64,000 bases of DNA from Haliotis rufescens (taxonomy: Eukaryota). The translations under genes and the position numbers were made by a program. Position 1 is the stretch's first letter, and each line of letters starts with the position of its first letter. This document shows, in pieces, positions 36,701 to 47,206 of this stretch. The notes beneath the pieces were generated by a model, which worked only from the letters and a program-made list of their open reading frames with translations, searched no databases and was not told where the DNA came from. Location: NCBI RefSeq assembly GCF_023055435.1, contig NW_025964354.1, positions 2,294,001 through 2,358,000 on the forward strand, read 5' to 3'.

Positions 36701-39531
36701 TTGAACATTCCATCCCACTATTTCAGCTTTACACGTGTATCTGCCTCTGTCATCATCCTGTCCTACATCACTGACGGTCAGAGCGCTCTTGTGGTACAAG
36801 TAGTCTCCATGTAACTTCGAAACTGTCAAAGGAAGTCTTCCTATGTTTGCCACTTCGACTTCATTCCGCCTCCAACTCCAAGTTATTAATGTATGTAAGT
36901 ACCCTTTCACGGCGACGTAAGATGTCAGCGTGACAATTTTATCGGCTTCAACTGTCTGAGGGGCGACGATGTAGGGATCCGCAATATCTGTTCATAAATA
37001 AAATGTGTGGCTATTGGTAAAGGTACAATGTAAGGATCGTTACAGGGACCTAAACTCCTATTTGAGAACAACTATATAGCATACTCATCATGTATTCTCA
37101 ATGAAAATATACACATGTCACAGAACATTTTTCCAACAAGTAATAAGACAAAAGCGCTTGCAAAATGTATGTTCGATTGAGCATGAGAATCCCTCTCGTG
37201 GCATGGTATTTGATAGATTCTGGAAAAGGTATATTTTGATGATTTTGTGAGTGAATATCAAAAGGAGATGGCCAGTAGTTTTGATTTGAGAGGACTTGTT
37301 TCAACTACATTTGTCTCATTTAAATGTTATTTGTGCTTGGTTGATTGTACTCATATTATTAAATGATACGCACATATTACAACTAGCCGTTGACCACAGT
37401 CGTACACTCTTGACCCGGTCGAGCCTGGTGACCCTCTGTGACATCTGTACTCTGCACTGTCTGGCCAGTCCACATTATACAGCTCGAAGCTGAACACACC
37501 AGATCCTGAAGAATTCACTCTCCCGGTGAATGTTGCTCTGGACTTGTATCTTTCAGTGACATTCACTTGATTGTAGTCAGTTATGTGGAACAGAGATTTC
37601 GAAGATAACCGTCGCACTGTAAATTCTCTGAGACCAGGTCGGGGTAATTCCCACGACAGAAAGGCAGTACTCCCAAGGCGAGCATATGCAGGCGACACAG
37701 CTGAAATAATACAATGCATGGTAAAACACACCCGAAGAAAAACAGGAAGCAGTAGTTCTGCGTTGAGTAGCAGATACAACTGAATGTCACGGTGCCAGTC
37801 ATTTGGCAAAGGTTATTGTAAAAATGTGTTCGCGAAAAGGTGAGCGTATCCTGCTCCACCGGTGGCACATTGCGCAACCACATGCAAACAACATGGGAAC
37901 ATATGGTACAAGTCAATATAAGGAATTGTTTGAAATGTCCCCCACATGCCTTCCATAGAACGTTTTGAAAGCTTTACTGAGGCATTAAATGTTGTAACCT
38001 TGATCAAACAACTTCTGAGCAAGAGTCGTATGACGCTCTTTGAAATCTTGGTAGAAAGAGCATCATGTTGTATCTCAGAAGTTGTGAAATGTAAACACCT
38101 AAGGCTGTAGCTGCTGGAATATTGCTCGACATGTAGGGAACGTTGACTATTGGAATGTTGAAGTCATCTACCTTGTCAAACAGTTTGAGGAGAGTGTTTT
38201 GTCACCCTCAATCTTTATGCCGAGATCTACATATGAAACAGATGAGGCGGTCTCACACTGGTCTCCTTTATTTCTTGTTCAAGTGGGTAAATCAGTGGAA
38301 GGGAATGGGCTATTTGATTGTCATTGTGTATTCGTGCTAGATAACTTCCAGGGGTTCCCCCAGGAATGTGAAAATAGTCCGTCAGTGTTTACATCATTTC
38401 AAGAATACAGTCTCGAGAAAAACGTATGAACGTTATACTGTGTCGTCCATACACTTATGAACGTCAGTTTCGCGGTCATGTGACCGACTTCTCGCTCAAT
38501 GGAAAAGTCGTATATCGTTTAAACTTCACATTAATAATCATACAGCTTTAAACTATCATTTAGTAAAATAGAAAAACGGTACCCATGACTTGAATTTCTT
38601 TTAAATGGATGGTTGTAACTGAAATCAGTTTGTTTGTTCACACAGTCCATCATATTGATTACTGTACATTTAATTTTGTTTCCAAATAAATCAGATAGCA
38701 ATCAATCTGTTTGCGCTGAATGAACACACGATTTGCCGTGCCGTGTATAGTAGCGATGGTACATTTAAGTATTTTGTCATTTCAAAGTGATGCATGTTGT
38801 TTCCTCGCAAAATATATAGGTTCTGATAAAACTTAGGTTCGATTTCCCCAATACTTCAGGGCTCGCTATTTTTAGTTCATGTGGATGGTATGGTATGTAT
38901 GGGGAAGTGATGCTGTGGTATGTTTACATTTTGCATAGTTATTTTCATAAACATTTCATAGGCATGTATATTACATAAAATATATAATGTACACAGTAAA
39001 TATTATTAGTACGATATATTTACGATCCCAAAACACAGAAATGTTACAACGTCTTTTGTAGTTAGTCATTTCGAACATCAGATTTGGAAGCCACAAAGAT
39101 ATTTATGTTTCGATTTTATATTGAAATAATTATATGTTATAAGTAATGAACAAGCATTGACTGAATACATGCTTGAAAGTAGTGTGGAAGATGAAAGCAA
39201 ATGTCATCCGAAGTTTACAGAGAAAATAATTTTTAGGAAAGGACATTTAAGTAATGATGCTTTATATTAAGTTTTTTATGTTGTTTCAATCAAACCAAAG
39301 TATTTACTTTGATAATCGATTTCTTTATCGCAACTTTAGTGAACCTACACGGCATTCAAATTCATTAATTGTTAGGAATAAGCCCCCATCTGTGACAGCT
39401 ATGATAACATACCTACACGAGGAAGCGAGGTAAGTAGTACTGTAACAAAATCACTCACGTGTAGCCCCCGTCCAGCAGTCTGTCACTATACTGCAGACAA
39501 CACAGAGTATCCACCACCACGAGGGTCGCAT
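27544..39531 (-). CDS. G3: complete IgSF type I receptor, leader-V*-C-V*-stalk-TM-tail with ITIM (~487 aa). Exons: 39459-39531, 37374-37700, 36664-36987, 35610-35945, 34610-34651, 29490-29594, 28167-28182, 27544-27784
   Basis: All GT-AG with consistent phases, 1464 nt. TM is DVTVVVGCSIVAFTLILLATIFLIRLEHIR. The tail has YAVI and SDYEEV. Confidence 0.82.
27851..27965 (+). mobile_element. SINE family A, internally deleted
   Basis: Head and tail match, body missing. Confidence 0.7.
28167..28182 (-). CDS. G3 16-bp microexon (EYWSVR)
   Basis: ctttgttacag|AATACTGGTCTGTCAG|gtaggt. Restores the frame into the tail exon. Confidence 0.75.
28366..28533 (+). mobile_element. tRNA(Asp-like)-derived SINE, family A (best copy)
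   Basis: Box A (tagcc.tgtgg), GTC anticodon-like loop, box B (ggttcgattcc), a non-tRNA body and a (CACT)n tail. Confidence 0.8.
29490..29594 (-). CDS. G3 transmembrane exon
   Basis: gttccag|105 bp|gtgaga, with an alternative in-frame acceptor at 29600. Homologous to the G2 TM exon (GC.I.A.TL...ATCAGAG|gt). Confidence 0.82.
29985..30300 (-). mobile_element. LINE ORF2 C-terminal zinc-knuckle remnant
   Basis: CKHC...HIILHC..Y followed by LFLG...YLCYFI. Confidence 0.5.
31276..31383 (+). mobile_element. SINE family A, 5'-truncated
   Basis: cgtcacgccgaagacccgggtttgattcccc core. Confidence 0.6.
31746..33277 (+). mobile_element. Decayed Tc1/mariner DNA transposon (transposase pseudogene ~32049-33083) in a G3 intron
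   Basis: MPRLTRNQR...HTH region, WSRVLF*GESR, FQRDNAHAH, SPDLNPIEHLWD, with stops and frameshifts. Imperfect TIRs (ca(ct)gaaccgcaa.../...ttgcggttcagtg) flanked by TA. Confidence 0.9.
33480..34400 (-). mobile_element. Degenerate LINE ORF2 fragment
   Basis: Remnant motifs YLGIEYWVL, HLDDHRLPRQCY and RFRCGKSKFAVD...ERLCK, with many stops. Confidence 0.55.
34610..34651 (-). CDS. G3 stalk exon (PDVRDSNAVMTSP)
   Basis: atttcag|42 bp|gtatgt, with an alternative in-frame donor 6 nt further. Homologous to 60528-60569. Confidence 0.7.
34935..35177 (+). mobile_element. Interspersed SINE-like repeat family C (remnants at ~30862-30985, ~21540-21660, ~39800-39900, ~54080-54180)
   Basis: gacccgtgaag...cagcaacccatgcttg...gggatcgggtggtcagg...gctggaatattg...(caaa)n tail, recurring in the window. 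Confidence 0.6.
35610..35945 (-). CDS. G3 exon: atypical V-type Ig domain 3
   Basis: 336 bp. VREGDHAMVAWRMP...YNVTLADAGRYSCRIEKSATKIYKMTQCTHDLIVS. Confidence 0.9.
36664..36987 (-). CDS. G3 exon: C-type Ig domain 2 (B-strand Cys mutated to Ser)
   Basis: 324 bp. VTLTSYVAVKG...TWSWRRN...DRGRYTCKAE. Confidence 0.88.
37374..37700 (-). CDS. G3 exon: atypical V-type Ig domain 1
   Basis: 327 bp. AYARLGSTAFLSWEL...FELYNVDWPDSAEYRCHRGSPGSTGSRVYDCGQRLVVI. Confidence 0.9.
37810..38370 (-). mobile_element. Penelope-like fragment (duplicated with 52009-52615)
   Basis: Collinear nucleotide similarity. Same position in intron 1 of G3. Shorter related remnants lie at ~16710-16940, ~48235-48400 and ~59990-60170. 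Confidence 0.7.
39459..39531 (-). CDS. G3 signal-peptide exon MRPSWWWILCVVCSIVTDCWTGAT
   Basis: 73 bp, ATG to phase-1 gtgagt. Confidence 0.82.
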
Positions 39532-40112
39532 AGTGTGAGGTTTATCCAAGTGTAATATGTCAAAGCACCGTCCTAACTAAGTCATCTTAGTTTGGCGAAT
39601 GTGTATTCACTCATGCTTATTTCAACACGTTTTTTTTCAACGTGATGATTCAAAGCAGTTTTCCGCCAGTTGTTTCGATTACCTTTACGTGACTATACAA
39701 ACGTGAACAGAATGTTCTTCCTCCCTATAAATGATTAACGACCAAAGTTTCATACATCTGACCTCAATTCAATGTATTGATTGTCTCTTCGGATGCAGCT
39801 AAATGGGATCGGGTGTTCAAGATCGTGGATTGCATGACCCAGCGTCATTGTGCACGACGGCGTTGTTGGACGCTGCTCATGATATCAATCACTGGTTCCT
39901 CTAATTATATCTGACCATATCTTATCAACATCGGCCTGCCCTACACCAATCAAACACATGTAAAACCGAACTCATTCACCTTCATATCTTACTGATAGCA
40001 ACAGAACACTTTCTGTGATTATTAGAAACCTTTGCTAAAACAGAGTCACTTGTCCGAATCCGACAATAGCGTAAGCACGTGTAATGCAGTCTGAACAAGT
40101 CACTACTTATCC

Positions 40113-40271
40113 GGGGATGCGGGGCAGTCTGGGGATAAAGCGTTCGCTCGTCACAAGGACCTGAGTTCCATTCCCACGTGGGTACAATGTGTGAATACCA
40201 TTTCTGGTGTCCAACGTCGTGATGTTGCTGGAAAACTGCTAAAAGCGGCGTAAATTACTCACTCACTCACT
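40113..40271 (+). mobile_element. SINE family A (duplicated at 54387-54553)
   Basis: Match to consensus. Apparent target duplication 'actacttatcc' on both sides. Confidence 0.75.
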
Positions 40272-40402
40272 ACTTATCCTCTTAAACCTGACCTTATTAA
40301 TGTCGAATACATGCCAACTGATGCTATACTAACTTAATATAATATCTTGTATTGGAACAATCATCTATGCATTTGTGTAATTATTATTCGTGACTCCCAA
40401 TT

Positions 40403-43400
40403 AGAGTTAATACAATGGGGTAGGAGTTATCACCACAGGGCAGGTGTTATTACCACGGGGCAGGAGTTATCATAATAGGGCATGAGTTATCATCTTGGGG
40501 CATGAGTTATTACCATGGGGCAGGAGTTATCACCATGGAGCAGGAGTTATCACCTTGGAGCAGGAGTTATCACCAAGGAGCAGGAGTTATCACCATGGAG
40601 CAGGAGTTATCACCATGGAGCAGGAGTTATCACCATGGAGCAGGAGTTATCACCATGGGGCAGGAGTTATCAACATGGTGTAGGAGTTCTCATAATAGGG
40701 CAGAGGTTATCACCATGGGGCAGGAGTTATCACCATGGGGCAGGAGTTATCACCATGGGGCAGGAGTTGTCATCATGGGGCAGGAGTTATCATCATGGAG
40801 CAGGAGTTATCACCATGGGGCAGGAGTTATCACCATGGAGCAGGAGTTATCACCATGGAGCAGGAGTTATCACCATGGGGCAGAAGTTATCACCATGGGG
40901 CAGAGGTTATCACCATGGGGCAGGAGTTATCACCATGGAGCAGGAGTTATCACCATGGAGCAGGAGTTATCACCATGGGGCAGAAGTTATCACCATGGCG
41001 CAGGAGTTATCACCATGGAGCAGGAGTTATCACCATGGAGCAGGAGTTATCACCATGGGGCTGTAGTTATCACCTTGGGGCAGGAGTTATCACCACGGGG
41101 CTGTAGTTATCACCATGGGGCAGTAGTTAACACCATAGGGCTATAGTTATCACCATGGGGCTGTAGTTATCTCCTCGGGGCAGAGGTTATCACCATTGGG
41201 CAGGAGTTATCACCATGGGCAGGAGTTATCACCATGGGGCAGGAGTTATCACCATGGGCCTGTAGTTAACATCATGGGGCAGGAGTTATCACCATGGGGC
41301 TGTAGTTATCACCATGGGGCAGGAGTTATCACCATGGGGCAGGAGTTCTCATCATGGGACAGGAGTTATCATCATGGAGCAGGAGTTATCACCATGGGGC
41401 AGGAGTTATCACCATGGGGCAGGAGTTCTCATCATGGGGCAGGAGTTATCATCATGGAGCAGGAGTTATCACCATGGGGCAGGAGTTATCACCATTGAGC
41501 AGGAGTTATCACCATGGAGCAGGAGTTATCACCATGGGTCAGAAGTTATCACCATGGGGCAGAGGTTATCACCATGGGGCAGGAGTTATCACCATGGAGC
41601 AGGAGTTATCACCGTGGAGCAGGAGTTATCACCGTGGGGCAGGAGTTATCAACATGGGGTAGGAGTTCTCATAATAGGGCAGAGGTTACCACCATGGGGC
41701 AGGAGTTATCACCATGGGGCTGTAGTTCACATCATGGGGCAGGAGTTATCACCATGGGGCTGTAGTTATCACCATGGGGCAGGAGTTATCACCATGGGGC
41801 AGGAGTTCTCATCATGGGGCAGGAGATATCATCATGGAGCAGGAGTTATCACCATAGGGCAGGAGTTATCACCATGGAGCAGGAGTTATCACCATGGGGC
41901 AGGAGTTATCACCATGGGGCAGGAGTTCTCATCATGGGGCAGGAGTTATCATCATGGAGCAGGAGTTATCACCATTGGGCAGGAGTTATCACCATTGAGC
42001 AGGAGTTATCACCATGGAGCAGGAGTTATCACCATGGTGCAGAAGTTATCACCATGGGGCAGAGGTTATCACCATGGGGCATGAGTTATCACCATGGAGC
42101 AGGAGTTATCACCGTGGAGCAGGAGTTATCACCGTGGGGCAGGAGTTATCAACATGGGGTAGGAGTTCTCATAATAGGGCAGAGGTTATCACCATGGGGC
42201 AGGAGTTATCACCATGGGGCAGGGGTTCTCACCATGGGGCAGGAGTTCTCATCATGGGGCAGGAGTTATCATCATGGAGCAGGAGTTATCACCATGGGGC
42301 AGGAGTTATCACCATGGAGCAGGAGTTATCACCATGGAGCAGGAGTTATCACCATGGGGCAGAGGTTATCACCATGGGGCAGGAGTTATCACCATGGAGC
42401 AGGAGTTATCACCATGGAGCAGGAGTTATCACCATGGGGCAGAAGTTATCACCATGGGGCTGTAGTTATCACCATGGGGCAGGCGTTATCACCAAGGAGC
42501 TGTAGTTATCACCATGGGGCTGTAGTTATCACCTTGGGGCAGGAGTTATCACCATGGGGCTGAAGTTATCACCATGGGGCAGAGGTTATCACCATGGGGC
42601 AGGAGTTATCACCATGGAGCAGGAGTTATCACCATGGAGCAGGAGTTATCACCATGGAGCAGGAGTTATCACCATGGGGCAGGAGTTATCAACATGGTGT
42701 AGGAGTTCTCATAATAGGGCAGAGGTTATCACCATGGGGCAGGAGTTATCACCATGGGGCAGGAGTTATCACCATGGGGCAGGAGTTGTCATCATGGGGC
42801 AGGAGTTATCATCATGGAGCAGGAGTTATCACCATGGGGCAGGAGTTATCACCATGGAGCAGGAGTTATCACCATGGAGCAGGAGTTATCACTATGGGGC
42901 AGAAGTTATCACCATGGGGCAGAGGTTATCACCATGGGGCAGGAGTTATCACCATGGAGCAGGAGTTATCACCATGGAGCAGGAGTTATCACCATGGGGC
43001 AGAAGTTATCACCATGGGGCTGTAGTTATCACCATGGGGCAGGCGTTATCACCAAGGAGCTGTAGTTATCACCATGGGGCTGTAGTTATCACCTTGGGGC
43101 AGGAGTTATCACCATGGGGCTGTAGTTATCACCATGGGGCAGGAGTTAACACCATAGGGCTATAGTTATCACCATGGGGCTGTAGTTATCACCTTGGGGC
43201 AGAGGTTATCACCATTGGGCAGGAGTTATCACCATGGGGCAGGAGTTATCACCATGGGGCAGGAGTTATCACCATGGTGCTGTAGTTAACATCATGGGGC
43301 AGGAGTTATCACCATGGGGCTGTAGTTATCACCATGGGGCAGGAGTTATCACCATGGGGCAGGAGTTCTCATCATGGGGCAGGAGTTATCATCATGGAGC

Positions 43401-45228
43401 AGGAGTTATCACCATGGGGCAGGAGTTATCACCATGGAGCAGGAGTTATCACCATGGGGCAGGAGTTATCACCATGGGGCAGGAGTTCTCATCATGGGGC
43501 AGGAGTTATCATCATGGAGCAGGAGTTATCACCATGGGGCAGGAGTTATCACCATTGAGCAGGAGTTATCACCATGGAGCAGGAGTTATCACCATGGGGC
43601 AGAAGTTATCACCATGGGGCAGAGGTTATCACCATGGGGCAGGAGTTATCACCATGGAGCAGGAGTTATCACCGTGGAGCAGGAGTTATCACCGTGGGGC
43701 AGGAGTTATCAACATGGGGTAGGAGTTCTCATAATAGGGCAGAGGTTATCACCATGGGGCAGGAGTTATCACCATGGGGCAGGAGTTCTCACCATGGGGC
43801 AGGAGTTCTCATCATGGGGCAGGAGTTATCATCATGGAGCAGGAGTTATCACCATGGGGCAGGAGTTATCACCATGGAGCAGGAGTTATCACCATGGAGC
43901 AGGAGTTATCACCATGGGGCAGAGGTTATCACCATGGGGCAGGAGTTATCACCATGGAGCAGGAGTTATCACCATGGAGCAGGAGTTATCACCATGGGGC
44001 AGAAGTTATCACCATGGGGCTGTAGTTATCACCATGGGGCAGGCGTTATCACCAAGGAGCTGTAGTTATCACCATGGGGCTGTAGTTATCACCTTGGGGC
44101 AGGAGTTATCACCATGGGGCTGAAGTTATCACCATGGGGCTGTAGTTATCACCATGGGGCAGGAGTTATCACCATGGGGCTGTAATTATCACCTTGGGGC
44201 AGAGGTTATCACCATTGGGCAGGAGTTATCACCATGGGGCTGAAGTTATCACCATGGGGCTGTAGTTATCACCATGGGGCAGGAGGTATCACCATGGGGC
44301 TGTAGTTATCACCATGGGGCAGAGGTTATCACCATTGGGCAGGAGTTATCACCATGGGGCAGGAGTTATCACCATGGGGCAGGAGTTATCACCATGGGGC
44401 TGTAGTTATCACCATGGGGCAGGAGTTATCACCATGGGGCAGGAGTTCCCATCATAGGGCAGGAAATATCATCTTAGGGCAGGAGTTCCAATCATAGGGC
44501 AGGCGTTATCACCAAGGAGCTGTAGTTATCACCATGGGGGTGTAGTTATCACCTTGGGGCAGGAGTTATCACCATGGGGCAGAAGTTATCACCATGGGGC
44601 AGAGGTTATCACCATGGGGCAGGAGTTATCACCATGGAGCAGGAGTTATCACCATGGAGCAGGAGTTATCACCATGGGGCAGAAGTTATCACCATGGGGC
44701 TGTAGTTATCACCATGGGGCAGGCGTTATCACCAAGGAGCTGTAGTTATCACCATGGGGCTGTAGTTATCACCTTGGGGCAGGAGTTATCACCATGGGGC
44801 TGAAGTTATCCCCATGGGGCAGGAGTTAACACCATGGGGCTATAGTTATCACCATGGGGCTGTAGTTATCACCTTGGGGCAGAGGTTATCACCATGGGGC
44901 AGGAGTTATCACCATGGGCAGGAGTTATCACCATGGGGCAGGAGTTATCACCATGGGGCTGTAGTTAACACCATGGGGCAGGAGTTATCACCATGGGGCT
45001 GTAGTTATCACCATGGGGCAGGAGTTCCCATCATAGGGCAGGAAATATCATCTTAGGGCAGGAGTTCTAATCATAGGGCAGGAGTTATCGCCATGGGGCA
45101 GGAGTTATCACCTTGGGACAGGAGGTATCACCATGGGGCTGTAGTTATTATCATAGGGCAGGAGTTATCACCATGGGACAGGAATTATCACCATTGAGCG
45201 GGTGTTATCACCATGGGGAAGGAGTTAT
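40403..45228. repeat. 20-bp satellite array (~240 copies) with higher-order blocks
   Basis: Unit ggggcaggagttatcaccat. Confidence 0.97.
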
Positions 45229-46057
45229 ATATGACTCAGTCTACTCCACTTTCCATCCGGTTTCACATGTGATCTCGCACTTCCCCGTGTTCAGTTACTG
45301 TTACTATGAAACTATATGTTTCAACAGTGTGTGTATAATGTAGGTTGGCAGTGTGTGTGTTTCTGTCTTGCGAGGACGACCTCTGCTGTAGGTCACATGC
45401 CACTCAGACAAGCAATTAGTTTTTATCTGAGAATCCGTTAGACGCTAACTCGCCACCTATTGATTGCTACCCCGACAGCTAACCGCAGCTACGTTCACAC
45501 TGTTAAATTTGCTAATTTTCAGGATGACATGAAACAGGACATGTCATAAAACATTTGAATGGGTTACGCAGAACATATTCCAGCTGGGGGTCAATGCTCG
45601 AAAATACGTTAATCATATCAATGAATATAAGGCTTCTTTGTACGTGACTTCGAGTCACTCATTTTAACGGCGCATCAGCATGACGTAGAAGGAAATCCCG
45701 AGGCGATGCAGGTCTCACACGTTCCCCACTGTGGTGAAACCAACGAGCACGGATGTGGTGCAAACCTTAACAAATATTCATGGAGAACCAAGATTTGTAC
45801 ACAGAATGACAGCATTCTGCCAAGGCTAAGAGACACAACTCTGCATAGGACATTTTGGCGTCTTGGACGAAAGGGCCACCCTGCCCCTGCTGCATAATGA
45901 ACACGAGAAATTGTTTCAAAGCCATAATTTATTTTAAACTAATTACGCAGCTGTAATGTGAAAAGAAAATTATAGAAAGTTCGTGGAATGCATAACAAAA
46001 GCGTTCTCATTTGGGATATGTACATCAGGTCACTGACATGATCTTTATAAGAGATAC

Positions 46058-46562
46058 ATACTGCTATTGTGAAATCCAAGTCTAGTAATACTGCTATGGT
46101 GAAATCCAAGTCTAGTAATACATTATACATACATACTGCTATGGTGAAATCCAAGTCTAGTAATACATTATACATACATACTGCTATGGTGAAATCCAAG
46201 TCTAGTAATACTGCTATGGTGAAATCCAAGCCTAGTAATACTGCTATGGTGAAATCCAAGTCTAGTAATACTGCTATGGTGAAATCCAAGTCTAGTAATA
46301 CTGCTATGGTGAAATCCAAGTCTAGTAATACTGCTATGGTGAAATCCAAGCCTAGTAATACTGCTATGGTGAAATCCAAGTCTAGTAATACTGCTATGGT
46401 GAAATCCAAGTCTAGTAATACTGCTATGGTGAAATCCAAGTCTAGTAATACTGCTATGACGAAATCCAAGTCTAGTAATACTGCTATGGTGAAATCCAAG
46501 TCTAGTAATACTGCTATGGTGAAATCCAAGTCTAGTAATACTGCTATGGTGAAATCCAAGTC
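46058..46562. repeat. 30-bp minisatellite, ~16 copies
   Basis: Unit tctagtaatactgctatggtgaaatccaag. Confidence 0.95.
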
Positions 46563-46991
46563 ATGCTTACACCTTACCGACAACGTTCTGTTGTTGTTCG
46601 GCATCTGTGTATGGGGTACCACTCCCACACTACTTACATAACATAAGCCATTGTTACACCTTATCGACAGTGTTCTGTTGTTGTTCGGCATTTCTGTATT
46701 GGGTACCACTCCTATACTACATAATAACATAAGCCATGGTTACACCTTATCGACAACGTTCTGTTGTTGTTCGGCATCTCTGTATGGGGTACCACTCCCA
46801 TACTACATACATAACATAAGCCATTGTTACACCTTATCGACAGCGTTCTGTTGTTGTTCGGCATTTCTGTATGGGGTACCACTCCCATACTACATAATAA
46901 CATAAGCCATGGTTACACCTTATCGACAACGTTCTGTTGTTGTTCGGCATCTCTGTATGGGGGACCACTCCCATACTACATAATAACATAT
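46562..46991. repeat. ~85-90-bp tandem repeat, ~5 copies, 3' of G4
   Basis: agccatggttacaccttatcgacaacgttctgttgttgttcggcatctctgtatgggg...cccatactacataataacata. Confidence 0.9.
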
Positions 46992-47206
46992 AGGAGCCAT
47001 AACCTCAATACTATCAATGACTGAGACATACTATTGACCACCTTTTGCTTGGCCAACTCATCATAGTATACTAGATGTGTGACATTGCACGACGGTCACA
47101 ATTCCGTAGATATGTTCCCCCGTGTCACACGTCCGATCACTGTTCTCGTTCCGAGGCAGAGGCATCATACTACAAGGAACAGCCGCCGAATGTATCCTCT
47201 GGACAG

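Noticed and set aside
40403-45228. Resemblance to Ig class-switch repeats (GGGCT/GAGCT)
   Set aside because: These pentamers occur only in minor variants, and the arrays lie between genes rather than between ectodomain and tail exons. No evidence of switching.
40495-45343. Many long ORFs (MGQELSPWGRSYHHGAGVIT repeats), also at 54471-55749
   Set aside because: By-products of a stop-poor 20-bp satellite read in all three frames.
45939-46905. 263-aa LDLDFTIAVL and 190-aa KSKSSNTAMV ORFs
   Set aside because: Translations of a 30-bp minisatellite that is single-copy in the paralogous region.
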